Made by a program: the position numbers and the translations under genes. 64,000 nt of DNA, from positions 768,001-832,000 of the forward strand of contig OY970194.1 in the NCBI GenBank assembly GCA_963708075.1, given 5' to 3'. Source of the DNA: Sedimentisphaerales bacterium (lineage in GTDB: Bacteria > Planctomycetota > Phycisphaerae > Sedimentisphaerales > Anaerobacaceae). A model generated the notes under the pieces. The model had not been told where the DNA came from. It made no database searches and was given only the letters and a program-made list of their open reading frames with translations. Below are positions 18,650-28,694 of the stretch, one piece after another (positions within the stretch are counted from its first letter, which is position 1; the number at the start of each line of letters is the position of its first letter).

Positions 18650-21348
18650 GGCGTGCGGTGGGACGTGTGATAGTAGAGGAATCGCCAGAAGGTTTCGAAC
18701 CCGTGGCAATCGACGCAGAGCCCTCTACGTGCGGTGTTCCTTAGAAACACCCCTTGAGGCAGAGATGTCCCGCTTTCGCTTTCGGTGGCTTTCGCGCCGG
18801 CATGCAGGTCATGGCAGGTGGGGCAGGAAATGACGCCGGTGCGCGATCGTTCGCCCGCCTCGCTGAAGGTTGGCATATAGTCCGGATGATCAGGCGAGAA
18901 GCGATTCGTGATCGCCACCTCGGGATGGCCGGCATGTTCGGGAACTCGGTCCTCCGCACATCCATCCTTGCGATGGCAGCAGGCGCAATATTCGCTGCCA
19001 AATTTGTGCTCCGATGCGGAGTCCTGCGCCCAGGTCTTCTGCTCTTTGGACGTGGGATGAACCAGATGGCAGGAGCTGCATGGCCCGGATTCCGCAGCGG
19101 TTTCACCTCGCACGTTGCGTATCTCGGGCGCCGATTGTCTCAGGTCGTGCGATGAGTTGACGATCGCGCCGAGTCTCGCGTGGCAGACGAGGCACAAACT
19201 CGAATCCTGCCTTGGGGTCCTGAGCAGCAGCGGGTCCTGCTCCTTCTTATGAATGTCGTGGCAGGTGTTGCAGTTGATTACGGACTTCGCGCTACGAGTG
19301 GGCAGAATCCCGTTAGCATCCGTCATCTGATTCAACACGTTGCCGAGAGGTTTCCCCACATGCGGGGTGTCCATTGCCGGGGCGATTCCACCTTCCTGAT
19401 GGCAGACCTCGCAGGACTGTTCGTGAGCGCTATTACCCGGGACCGACGCCCAGATGCCATGTTGCCCGCTTGGGCCGTGGATCGGATGGCAATCGACACA
19501 GATCCCCTTGGAGGCGAGACCAAGCTTCTTGCCCCATTCGCTCGCAACGGGATCATGCACGGAACCCTGTACATCCTGCTTGTCTTTGTGGCATTCGGTG
19601 CACAAGTTTTCAGCGGTACGGCGTAGCAGTGCTGCGGTGGTCTTGCTCTTGTGCGGATCATGGCAGGCGATGCAACCAGCCTTGTGGTCATTCGAATCCG
19701 CAATCTGCAATCCGAAATCCGAAATCGAGAGCGGATGTCGCGTCTCCTGCGGCTCCTTCACGGCGTTCGTTCTGTGACAGGCATCGCAAGGGTTGGTTGC
19801 GGACCCGGCGGGGGCATCGGCCGAGACTCGTGCCCAGAGATGAGGGCCTCGGGCGCTATGAGTCGTGTGGCATGCCCGGCAGGCGCCGGCGGAAGAATGC
19901 AGGCCAAGCGACTGGCGCACGGCAGGGGCAAAGTCGGCAGGATCGTGAGGACCCTGCAAGGACTCCGCCATTTCATCGTGGCAGAGAACGCAGAGCTGCG
20001 AGCCTTCCCGCCGCAGGAACGAGCGGGGGGGCTGGCCTGAATTCGGCGGCTCCTCAATCGGTCCTGCGGGATCAGCAGGTTTCTCAGTTGCGATTTCCGG
20101 CGTACGCGGGGTATGAGGATCATGGCACGTCAGGCAGCCGATACTGCCGGTGGCCTCATCCAGGGGCAGCGGGACGGATTTGCCCTCTGGCAGCGGGACT
20201 CCGACAGGATGTGCCTCCACGTACGGCCGGTTGACGGACCCGGGGCCTCCGGCCTTGTGGCACTCCATGCATCCGGAGCTGTGCGGCGAGTTCACGTCCG
20301 GCACATCTCTCGCCCAGCCGTGGATGCGATGACAGGCCCCGCACGGGCCGGATAGCGTTGGTGCTTCACCGCCGGCGTTCACCGTCTGCGGAGAGCTCAC
20401 GCGGAGATCGTGAGGGGAGCCGATGACCGCCTTCTCCTTCTCGTGGCACTCAAGGCAAAGGGAACTGTCATGGTTCTTGTGAATCAGCAGCGGCCAGGCG
20501 CCTGATGCGTCATGGAGGCGATGACAGGAGAGACAGGTAAGCTCACCGCCCGGGCCAAACGTGGCTTTCTCGTTGAGCAGGGTTGCCGGAGGCTGAAACC
20601 CCGGATACGTGTGGCCAATCCTGTGTACCGGCGTGCCAGCCTTGGACGTCGCATCGGGACTCTTGCCGGGGTGACATTCGGTGCACAGTTGCGATGGCGG
20701 CAGGACCAGCATCCAGGCGTTTCTTGCCCCATGCGGCTCGTGGCACGTCTGGCAGATGATCGTGCGACCATCCGCGGAGGTCTTGCCCCCGGCGTCGAGA
20801 ATCGCCTGGGGAATGGGAGAGTCGATCTGCCCGAGCGGATGATGGCGCTCGTCCTTCTGTGCGTGGTCAGCGTGGCAGGCCAGGCAGAGCGACGAATCGA
20901 CATTTGGCTGGCGAAGGAAGATCACCGTCGCGAGATCGGAATTGTCGGGTATCGCGTGCGCCGTGTGGCACGTGGCACAAGTCATGTGTCCCTCGGCATC
21001 GAGAGGAAACTTGTCCGTGGGAATCCGCACTGCCGGAGAGGGAACATGGTCGGTGGTGTGATGACGGGTCGACCAGACTGTGAAACGCGAGTCCGCGACG
21101 GAGCCATCATGGCAGGAAAGGCACATGTCGCCACTGCCGGCCTGGCGGTCGAGAATCGCTTGCATGCGATCTCCCTGTGCATCGCCTCTCTCAAAGGCTT
21201 CCACCCACCGGATATGACAGATGGCACACTCCCTGCTTGAATTGCGTATGACCTCCCGGCCCGGAAGGGATTGGGCCGCTGCCAGCATGAGAAGCAGGAT
21301 GACGCCGCATCGCTGCATGAATCCCGGCGGCAATCTCTGCGTGCACAT
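18622..21348 (-). CDS. 24-heme c-type cytochrome, exported
   Basis: 24 CxxCH motifs (hand count), signal peptide, GGAG RBS before ATG 21348. Confidence 0.9.
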   Translation of the reverse strand: MCTQRLPPGFMQRCGVILLLMLAAAQSLPGREVIRNSSRECAICHIRWVEAFERGDAQGDRMQAILDRQAGSGDMCLSCHDGSVADSRFTVWSTRHHTTDHVPSPAVRIPTDKFPLDAEGHMTCATCHTAHAIPDNSDLATVIFLRQPNVDSSLCLACHADHAQKDERHHPLGQIDSPIPQAILDAGGKTSADGRTIICQTCHEPHGARNAWMLVLPPSQLCTECHPGKSPDATSKAGTPVHRIGHTYPGFQPPATLLNEKATFGPGGELTCLSCHRLHDASGAWPLLIHKNHDSSLCLECHEKEKAVIGSPHDLRVSSPQTVNAGGEAPTLSGPCGACHRIHGWARDVPDVNSPHSSGCMECHKAGGPGSVNRPYVEAHPVGVPLPEGKSVPLPLDEATGSIGCLTCHDPHTPRTPEIATEKPADPAGPIEEPPNSGQPPRSFLRREGSQLCVLCHDEMAESLQGPHDPADFAPAVRQSLGLHSSAGACRACHTTHSARGPHLWARVSADAPAGSATNPCDACHRTNAVKEPQETRHPLSISDFGLQIADSNDHKAGCIACHDPHKSKTTAALLRRTAENLCTECHKDKQDVQGSVHDPVASEWGKKLGLASKGICVDCHPIHGPSGQHGIWASVPGNSAHEQSCEVCHQEGGIAPAMDTPHVGKPLGNVLNQMTDANGILPTRSAKSVINCNTCHDIHKKEQDPLLLRTPRQDSSLCLVCHARLGAIVNSSHDLRQSAPEIRNVRGETAAESGPCSSCHLVHPTSKEQKTWAQDSASEHKFGSEYCACCHRKDGCAEDRVPEHAGHPEVAITNRFSPDHPDYMPTFSEAGERSRTGVISCPTCHDLHAGAKATESESGTSLPQGVFLRNTARRGLCVDCHGFETFWRFLYYHTSHRTPHPTPGPVE
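19695..19729. repeat. Five AATCNNN heptamers inside the 24-heme gene
   Basis: AATCCGC AATCTGC AATCCGA AATCCGA AATCGAG, read as SISDFGLQIADS on the minus strand. Confidence 0.7.
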
Positions 21349-21352
21349 CCCG

Positions 21353-22342
21353 CTACTCCAAATCCATTCGGCAGACGCGGTCCGCCTTGAGCTCAACGAC
21401 GTAAAGGCGTTTGCGCTTGGCGTCCATCGTGATTCCGGTAGGCGTGGTGAACTTGATCGGAGCCCCCTCATGGTCCGCCAGCGCGCCGAGGAAATTCCCC
21501 TTCAGGTCGAATACCTGGACGCGACCGAGGTAACTGTCGGTCACGAACACCTGATCTTGGCAAATCGTGACGCCCTTGGGACGGAACAACTGTCCCGGCT
21601 TGACCCCCCAATCTCCAATGAAGCCGACGAATTTGCCGGCGGCGTTAATGATCTGGACCCGAGTGTTGATCGGCTCGACCACGAGGACGTAGCCGTCAGC
21701 GTTGACGTCGATCAGGAATGGAAATCGGAATTGCCGACGACCCTGCCCGGGGTCGCCCCAATCCTCCTCGAAGCGGCGGCCGGCGAGACTGTAGATGCAG
21801 AGCCTGTGGTTGTCATTATCGGCGATGTAGAGCCGTGCCCGTGCCAGGTCCGCGGCCACATCGGTCGGGTCCGGAGGCGCACTCATGCCGGTCGTTGGCA
21901 ACTGGATGGCTTCCAGCACTTTGCCGTCCGGGGCGAAGACCTGGAAGCGATGGTTCCCGGAATCAGCAACGTACACTTTGCCGTCCCCGTCTGTCGCGAT
22001 GCCGAGGGGGAAGAGGAATTGGCCGGGCTCGCTGCCTTGACTGCCGAAGATGAATCGGAAGGCACCATTGGGGTCGTATGCAACTGCCCGGTGGTGCACT
22101 CCATCGAGGACATACAAAGTGCCGTCCGGCCCGACGGCGGCGTCGCTCGGCATGGTGAAGGGGTCGCCGTTCGGGCCGACGATTTCCGTCGTCGCCCGCA
22201 CACGTACAGACGTCGGACTACTCTTCGGCTGGACTTCTTTCTGGGCCGGGAGAGCGACCGCCGTGAAGCCGAGGATAACCGCCAGAATCACTTCTCCACG
22301 GTTTCGTCCTCCGCTGACCCAACCGCACTTACGGGACGTCAT
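21353..22342 (-). CDS. NHL-repeat six-bladed beta-propeller
   Basis: Repeats such as GQFLFPLGIATD...VYVADSGNHRFQVF. Hydrophobic N-terminus. Confidence 0.88.
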   Translation of the reverse strand: MTSRKCGWVSGGRNRGEVILAVILGFTAVALPAQKEVQPKSSPTSVRVRATTEIVGPNGDPFTMPSDAAVGPDGTLYVLDGVHHRAVAYDPNGAFRFIFGSQGSEPGQFLFPLGIATDGDGKVYVADSGNHRFQVFAPDGKVLEAIQLPTTGMSAPPDPTDVAADLARARLYIADNDNHRLCIYSLAGRRFEEDWGDPGQGRRQFRFPFLIDVNADGYVLVVEPINTRVQIINAAGKFVGFIGDWGVKPGQLFRPKGVTICQDQVFVTDSYLGRVQVFDLKGNFLGALADHEGAPIKFTTPTGITMDAKRKRLYVVELKADRVCRMDLE

Positions 22343-23209
22343 TTGGCTTCGCTTCCCCCGTCCCCGGCTGCGCCGGCTCAGCAGGCTTAAGCAGGCTGGG
22401 CATGTGAAATGTTTCATAACGTGCGACGAGATCTGCCACCTCGGCACTCATGAGGAAAGCGGCCCGGTCCTTTGTGTATCCCAGCGAGGTATAGGGAAGG
22501 AACGCCTTCTGCTGGCTGTGGCAGTCGCTGCAGCGGACAGGTGTTTCAATGCAGCGTCTGTGAATGAATTCGTTGGCAAGCACCTTCTGTTGATCGCTCA
22601 GCTTGTCCCGTCGCTTGAAGTACTCGACAGCGAACGCCTCCTCCTCCTCAAAAGTCACCGGTCGGGGGTCGCCTTCGGAGTCCTTCAGCGGGACGATCTT
22701 CGCGCCGTACTCGCCCCAGAGCTGTTCCGACATATCCGGGCTTGGGCACAACTGCCCGTCGGCGATGTTCGACCATGCGAAACGAGCAGGCGCAAGGTCT
22801 CCTTCTCCCGGACGTGGCAAACCTGGCAGGAAATGAACAGGTTGTGCATATTGAGAAACGCGCGCACCTGGGGACTGTTGGAGTGAGGCGTCTGACCATG
22901 ACACTTGATGCAGAAGTTGTATTTGTCGGCCTCGTACCAGCGGCCAATGTGGTGGAAATGGCCGGGCAGTCTCGGCTCCAGCAACTCCCACTCCCCGAGA
23001 TACCGCACGATCTTCTTCTCCGTGAGCGCCACGACGCTGTCGAAGATTTCCATTTGGGCAACTTGCGTGTCCCTGCCGGCCAGCGGGTCGCCCAGCGTTC
23101 CGACGAGGAACTTGGTCAGCCAGACGGCCGCGATGGCCAGGAGCACGCCCCAGAACCCAACGTATAGGGCCAACAGCAGCTTTTTCGAGAGGCTTGGTTT
23201 GTGACTCAT
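22329..23209 (-). CDS. Membrane-anchored triheme cytochrome c, 1-bp frameshift near 22800-22810
   Basis: N-terminal TM helix, CIKCH and CQVCH in ORF 22685..23209, CSDCH in the next frame. Adding one base joins the frames. Confidence 0.8.
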
Positions 23210-25065
23210 GACACTGCCTCCTGGGCCGCAATGAGACCGTTCAACTCATCCCCGTGTTCCTCCGCCAGGACCCGCGGCGAGATCTTCCCGTTGAGCACCA
23301 TGCCGGACAGCGGCGACAATCCTGGTCTTCCGAGAATTCCCGGGATGTGTACGAGAGTGATATGCGCGACGGCCAGAAGCGACTCGTATGTGTGGGCCAG
23401 ATACGCGATGTTCAGCAGCCAGCCCGGGAACAGGCGGCTCGACAAGCTCTCGGCCCACAGGAGGATCCCTGTGATGCCCAGGAGCCCGATACCCCAGAAT
23501 AGTCCGAGATATTCAAGCTTCTCCTTCCAGCAGAACCGGCCGTGGTTGGGCCGCTTGGGACTGAGGAAAAAGACGTACTTCACTAGCGCGATCAGATCGC
23601 CCAGGTCGCGGCGTTGGGGGATCATCGGCAAGACCAGCACTCGTCGGATGAAGACCCTGAGGCCCCGCCTGTTATCGCGCCGCATGGAGCGCCGGACGTT
23701 CCAGAGAATCATGCCCACGTGAAAGCCAAACCCGACCAGCATCGCCACACCCGCAATGCGATGAATGATCGGTGCGACGTGGATCCCGCCGAAAAGGTCG
23801 TAGAGCGCCGGCGCCCACGACGCCTGCGGGAATTTCATGGGGAATCCGGTCAGGCACAGGACCACGAAAAGGATGACCAGAGACGCATGCTGTATCTGGT
23901 GTCCGCGCGTGAAGCGGCGGATTCCGCACTCTGCGGCCGCCTTCCTCTCAGCCAGTTCCAGAAGATGCTCGATTTCCTTCTCCGCCTGCCGGCTTGGGAA
24001 CAACTCGCGGATCAGGCCGAGCACGTTGAGCGTCAGGATGGGCAGCAGGATACCGAGAGTTGCCAACACGAAGAATAGCGCGACAGCAAACTCGAGCGGG
24101 TGGGTCCGGGGATTGCGAGTGGCATGAACGTCAAAGGATGCCAGCGCCGGCGTGGCGGAATCATGGCAATCCTGTGTGCTGCAGGTGGCGGAGCGATTGG
24201 CGGAATGGACCGAGGAGCGAGGGTCCGTCCTGGAGTGCATCTCGTGCACGCTGTCTTCCCTGGCGTGACAATCCAGGCAATCGGGCGCCATGGCCGAGCC
24301 AAGCAGGACGGCTTTTCCATGGTAGGTCTCCAGGTAGCTGGAGACCACGTCCGGCAGCCCGTGGCGCTTGGTAAAAGCGGCATCTGCATGGCAACTGGCG
24401 CACATGGCAACCACCTCGCGCGAATCGCGGGCCTTGTGCAGACGCGTCGTCACGTGAGAGTAGAAGTATCGCACGAAGTTCTCATCCGTGTGGCACAGGG
24501 TGCAGCGATTGATGGCATGCTCCGAAACGCCGGCACGCATCTTCTTGAAGATCGATATGGGCCGGAACAGAGGGATGTCGTGGCAGTCTTTACACTGAGG
24601 AAAGTCCTCCAAATTTGCATGCGGCACGCCATTGGCATCCATCGGCGCGTGCACGCTTTCCTTCAGGGCTGTTTCCACTTTCGTATGAGTGAACAGAATC
24701 TCGCGGGTGGGCTCCTCAATGTGACACTCGCGCAGGCAGTTCACCGGCTTGGCATTGTCATGCGGTATTTCCTCGATATCCGCGTGGCAGCCCGTACAGG
24801 CAACGCGTGCATGCGGTCCCCGATTGAAGAGCGTCTCGTCCACATAGAAGAGGCGATAGGTGCCTTGCTTGTCCACGCGTGCCAGCCCCCGGAACCGGTG
24901 GCACATGAGACAATTCTCCGGGTCCGCGGCGCGCAGCGGCTGCGACGACATCAGGACCAGTATGAGTGCAAACAAGGCCACCGCGGTCTGCCGGCTGCAC
25001 TTCATCGAGTCCCCTGGAGGACTCACGGCGTCGCTGGGTTGGTTCAACATGGATGACTGCTTCAT
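23206..25065 (-). CDS. Multiheme cytochrome c fused to a cytochrome b membrane domain (CbcL-like quinol oxidoreductase)
   Basis: 6 CxxCH plus CLRECH and CSTQDCH. C-terminal TM helices with His (IQHASL, IHRIAG, LAHTYE) and EKLEYLGLFWG. Confidence 0.85.
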   Translation of the reverse strand: MKQSSMLNQPSDAVSPPGDSMKCSRQTAVALFALILVLMSSQPLRAADPENCLMCHRFRGLARVDKQGTYRLFYVDETLFNRGPHARVACTGCHADIEEIPHDNAKPVNCLRECHIEEPTREILFTHTKVETALKESVHAPMDANGVPHANLEDFPQCKDCHDIPLFRPISIFKKMRAGVSEHAINRCTLCHTDENFVRYFYSHVTTRLHKARDSREVVAMCASCHADAAFTKRHGLPDVVSSYLETYHGKAVLLGSAMAPDCLDCHAREDSVHEMHSRTDPRSSVHSANRSATCSTQDCHDSATPALASFDVHATRNPRTHPLEFAVALFFVLATLGILLPILTLNVLGLIRELFPSRQAEKEIEHLLELAERKAAAECGIRRFTRGHQIQHASLVILFVVLCLTGFPMKFPQASWAPALYDLFGGIHVAPIIHRIAGVAMLVGFGFHVGMILWNVRRSMRRDNRRGLRVFIRRVLVLPMIPQRRDLGDLIALVKYVFFLSPKRPNHGRFCWKEKLEYLGLFWGIGLLGITGILLWAESLSSRLFPGWLLNIAYLAHTYESLLAVAHITLVHIPGILGRPGLSPLSGMVLNGKISPRVLAEEHGDELNGLIAAQEAVS

Positions 25066-25073
25066 GGAATACC

Positions 25074-26159
25074 TCACTTATCGTGACACACGACGCAGAC
25101 TTTGCCTTCGCGAGCTCGCAGTCGATGCATTGCGGCCTGTTTCGGCTCGGCACCGAGGGAGCGAGGGTTCGCATCCGGCAGGAGTCCTTTTTCGTGGGGA
25201 TTGTGGCAGGTGTAACACGCGATGCGGCCATTCTCATCGAAGGGGATGGCACGGGGGGCTCGCCGCACGGTACTGGTGTACTTCAGTCGCTGCTCGAACG
25301 ACAACCGCAGCTTTGGCTGCAACTCGTAAGCGGAAATGTGCCACAGCAATTCCGCCGGAGGAGTTGTCCCCATGTGCGAGTGGGTGGGGTGATTTTTGAC
25401 CATCGGATGGCAGTTCAAACAGACCTCGGACGACTTGTCCCGCAGCGTGTGGGGCGCTGCCTCCTCCTGGTAAAAGTTCACGTCCGGCACATCGGCATGA
25501 CACCAGACGCACGTGTCCGTCTTGGCCCGCTTGGCTTCCACTTGGTCGTGAGCATTGAAGGGGCGACAGTCCTCCGATGCATGGCAGTGCGAGCAGAACA
25601 CCATGGGGTTGGATGCCTGCCACCCCCGCAAGAGATAATGACGGGGCGTAGAGTCAGGCGGATCGGCCTTGCAGTCACGGCTCACGTCGTGGCAGGTCAG
25701 GCAGCCGAGCCGCCCATCCTGGAGGGGGAATTCGGGCAGCATTCGTCCAGCGATTGCGGTGCTTGGTGTCAAATTCACCGGGTGAACCTCGCGACTAGCA
25801 CGCCGCCCGTCATGGCACGATTCGCACAGTTGTACCACATCCCCATCGAAGTGCAGATTGCCCCCTGTGGCGGACGCGTGACACGCCACGCATAGCGAGG
25901 AGTCTCCGTGGGGATTCTCAAGGGCGAGTTTTTCCTCTACGCCTGTGGAGATCGACCTGATGGCAAGCACTATTATCAATGCGAGAGTTATCCATGAGCC
26001 GCGACGGGAGATGATAGTCGAGGATTTTCCTGTGGATTCAAACAGACGCGGCAATCCCGGTGTCTCACAGGATTGCCGCGTATTGTAAGCGACTGAATTT
26101 GCTACGGTTACTCCACTATTAACCACATTCTTCTTTACCTGCTTCAGTGGATGCGGCAA
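25074..26159 (-). CDS. Octaheme cytochrome c (start uncertain)
   Basis: 8 CxxCH motifs in two tetraheme-like halves, preceded by a hydrophobic segment. Confidence 0.85.
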   Translation of the reverse strand: MPHPLKQVKKNVVNSGVTVANSVAYNTRQSCETPGLPRLFESTGKSSTIISRRGSWITLALIIVLAIRSISTGVEEKLALENPHGDSSLCVACHASATGGNLHFDGDVVQLCESCHDGRRASREVHPVNLTPSTAIAGRMLPEFPLQDGRLGCLTCHDVSRDCKADPPDSTPRHYLLRGWQASNPMVFCSHCHASEDCRPFNAHDQVEAKRAKTDTCVWCHADVPDVNFYQEEAAPHTLRDKSSEVCLNCHPMVKNHPTHSHMGTTPPAELLWHISAYELQPKLRLSFEQRLKYTSTVRRAPRAIPFDENGRIACYTCHNPHEKGLLPDANPRSLGAEPKQAAMHRLRAREGKVCVVCHDK

Positions 26160-26161
26160 GG

Positions 26162-28264
26162 TTACGGACGCACCAACTTGCTCGTATCGACGGTCACCTT
26201 CGTGCCCAGATCGGCTATACTGTCATTGAGGATCTGAATCATGTACTTGCCGTTATGTGCGAAGGCTCCCGGATCCTTTTGTGAGTACTGGTAGTTGTAG
26301 GCGGCCTGGAGCAGTCGCGGCGTCCAACTCGCATACTTGGTCTCACCTGCGTCCACCTGGCCATTGCCGTTGGCATCGGCAAAGAAGTACGGATTGGTGC
26401 TTGCGCTATAGACGATTGGGGCCTTCGCTACGTTCGCGGCGTAATCCTGAATCGCAGCGAGGAGTTTCGCCTGGAGGGTCTCGATCTCACGGGCAAGACC
26501 CTCGGTCTTGTTGCCGTCGCCATCGAAGTCCCTGACGTCCTTGCGAATGCTCTTGACACTCTTGGTGCCGTGGCAGAACGCCGTGGCGCAGCTCTCCGTC
26601 TGCACTTCGCCGGTATGCGTCTCGTGGCACTCCGTGCACACATCGAAACTACTCACGTGGGCGAAGCGTCCAAGGTAGGTCTTGCCTGCATATTCGTAGG
26701 CGCCCTTGGCCTGCGTGCCGAACAGCGTCGCACCGGCGGCGAAGTAGTGGACGTTACTGAAACTCAACTTGGTGGACACGGTATCAAGATCGAGTCCGGC
26801 GATCTTCGTGTTTACGCTGACTGTGGATTCGCGGCCCTGATGGCAACTGATGCACAGGTTGCTGTTCAAGTCGCCCGTATCGAGCTTGGCGCCGCTGGGG
26901 AACAGGGCGGTCTTGACTTCATACCGAGTGAACTCGGGCATGGCGTTGTGGCAGGTCGTGCACATCAGGCCATTGGAAAGCGGCTGCGACGCAGTGACCG
27001 CCTCTTGCAGGTAGAACGGCAGGCCGGTGGCCGAATGGCACTTGCTGCAACTGCCGGAAACCTTGCCGTCCTCATCCCAGTGCCGGAACTGCTCATGGGA
27101 GCCGGCGAAGTGGCCCGCGTCATCCCGCGTAAGCTTGGCCACGAGGGTGGGGTCCAGGTCCTCGATGGAATCGAAGAGCAACTGGATCATGTACTTGGCA
27201 TTATGAGCGAACGCCCCGGGGTCTTTGACAGAGACTTGGTAGTTATAAGCCGCCTTGAGCAGGCGAGGCGTCCAGGGGGTGTACTTGTTGGCGCTCTTGG
27301 CCTCATTGGCATCGGCTACGCCATCTCCATTCGTATCCTTGAAGAAGTACGGATTTGCACTGGCGTTGTAAGCGATGGGAGCCCCGGCCTTGGTGCCATA
27401 GGCCTGAATCGCAGCATATAGCGCGGCTTGAAGACCCTCGATCTCGCCCGCGATGCCCTCCAGCGTGTCGCCATCTCCGTCGTAATCGTGCAGGGAGCCC
27501 ATCATCCGGATGCTCTTGAAGTCTTCCTCTTTCTGGACGGCAACGTGGCATGTGGCGCACAATTCGATGCGCACTTCCAGGCTATGCTGATCGTGGCAAT
27601 CAATGCAGGTATCGACGCCCTGCACGTGGGCGAACTTCACGTCGTATGATTTGCCGCTGTACTGATACCCACCCTTTGTGATGCCGCCGTAGAGGGTAGC
27701 CGCGGCCGCTTTGTAATGAATGTTCTTGAAGGAGAGCTTCGTGCTGGCGGTATCCGGTTGGTTCGGATCGGCCGATGCAACGATGGCGCTATCGATAGAC
27801 AGCCCGGACTCGCGTCCCTGATGGCAGACCATGCATCGGGCCTCGGCTCCGAGGTCCTTCACCTCAACGCCGGAGGGGAACACGACGCTGGTCAGCTCGC
27901 TGGTCGCCTCATTGTGGCAGGTCTCGCAACCGATGACCGTACCAATGGGAGCGGGAGCATCCACGACGCCGGGAGCACTGCCATCGGCGCCGAGGTAGTC
28001 CTGGTATCCGCCGGAACTGTGACATCTGGCACAGCTCGCGGAGACTTGTGGCGGGTTGTCGGCGTCCCAATGGCGAAAGGCTTCCGCCGTAGCATCTGCG
28101 TGGGCCGACCCCGCCCAAAGCGCTTCGTAGAGCGGGATATCCACCGAGTGGATTCCCAACTCATCCGCCATCAGCGAGGTCGCTCCGATCAACAGGATCG
28201 ACGCCGCAAGACAGCACGTCCATTTTCGAACCAACGTCTTTGATGTGCACCCAACCTTCATCAT
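26162..28264 (-). CDS. Decaheme cytochrome c made of two tandem pentaheme modules
   Basis: 9 CxxCH plus CATAFCH. Duplicated FRHWD, CHQGRES, WTPRLL.AAYNYQ and DPGAFAHN. Signal peptide. Confidence 0.88.
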   Translation of the reverse strand: MMKVGCTSKTLVRKWTCCLAASILLIGATSLMADELGIHSVDIPLYEALWAGSAHADATAEAFRHWDADNPPQVSASCARCHSSGGYQDYLGADGSAPGVVDAPAPIGTVIGCETCHNEATSELTSVVFPSGVEVKDLGAEARCMVCHQGRESGLSIDSAIVASADPNQPDTASTKLSFKNIHYKAAAATLYGGITKGGYQYSGKSYDVKFAHVQGVDTCIDCHDQHSLEVRIELCATCHVAVQKEEDFKSIRMMGSLHDYDGDGDTLEGIAGEIEGLQAALYAAIQAYGTKAGAPIAYNASANPYFFKDTNGDGVADANEAKSANKYTPWTPRLLKAAYNYQVSVKDPGAFAHNAKYMIQLLFDSIEDLDPTLVAKLTRDDAGHFAGSHEQFRHWDEDGKVSGSCSKCHSATGLPFYLQEAVTASQPLSNGLMCTTCHNAMPEFTRYEVKTALFPSGAKLDTGDLNSNLCISCHQGRESTVSVNTKIAGLDLDTVSTKLSFSNVHYFAAGATLFGTQAKGAYEYAGKTYLGRFAHVSSFDVCTECHETHTGEVQTESCATAFCHGTKSVKSIRKDVRDFDGDGNKTEGLAREIETLQAKLLAAIQDYAANVAKAPIVYSASTNPYFFADANGNGQVDAGETKYASWTPRLLQAAYNYQYSQKDPGAFAHNGKYMIQILNDSIADLGTKVTVDTSKLVRP

Positions 28265-28370
28265 CTTCTGACCCCTCTTCTGTCAAAAACAAATCGGTCT
28301 CTCAACGTGTTGCGTACTCCTCCGTGGAGGACTGTCGCCCGATGAGTAGAGCGACAGACAATGGAGATGT

Positions 28371-28386
28371 AGCAACATCTGTGCCA
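28371..28386 (-). promoter_or_regulatory. Sigma54 (-24/-12) promoter of the minus-strand cytochrome operon
   Basis: Minus strand reads TGGCAC-AGATG-TTGCT. Confidence 0.8.
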
Positions 28387-28507
28387 GACGCCCTGACTTA
28401 CGTCCATGCTCTCGGTCGTCCTGGCATAACCGTTGCTGCAAAAGGCAGTTACATGCGACATGAAAATGCGACATGCGAAGAAAAGACGGTCGTTGGCCGG
28501 GGGATTC

Positions 28508-28552
28508 TCCCAGAATTGAGAGAGATGGGCCGGCCGAATCTCACCTGCGGGA
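28508..28552. promoter_or_regulatory. Two TCYCR-N4-YGRGA sites, candidate upstream activator sequences
   Basis: TCCCAGAATTGAGA (28508) and TCTCACCTGCGGGA (28539), 31 bp apart, 120-165 bp upstream of the sigma54 promoter. Confidence 0.65.
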
Positions 28553-28694
28553 AAGGGTGTTTCGCCGCAGAATGCGTTCATGTGCCCAAGGACCATTCCG
28601 GGGGACGCTCATCCCGGCGTGAGGTGGGGAATTGTGTTGCAGATTCGTGTCGTGTGGCGTATATGCTTTGAGGCGGACGGATAGTAGCGATTGA

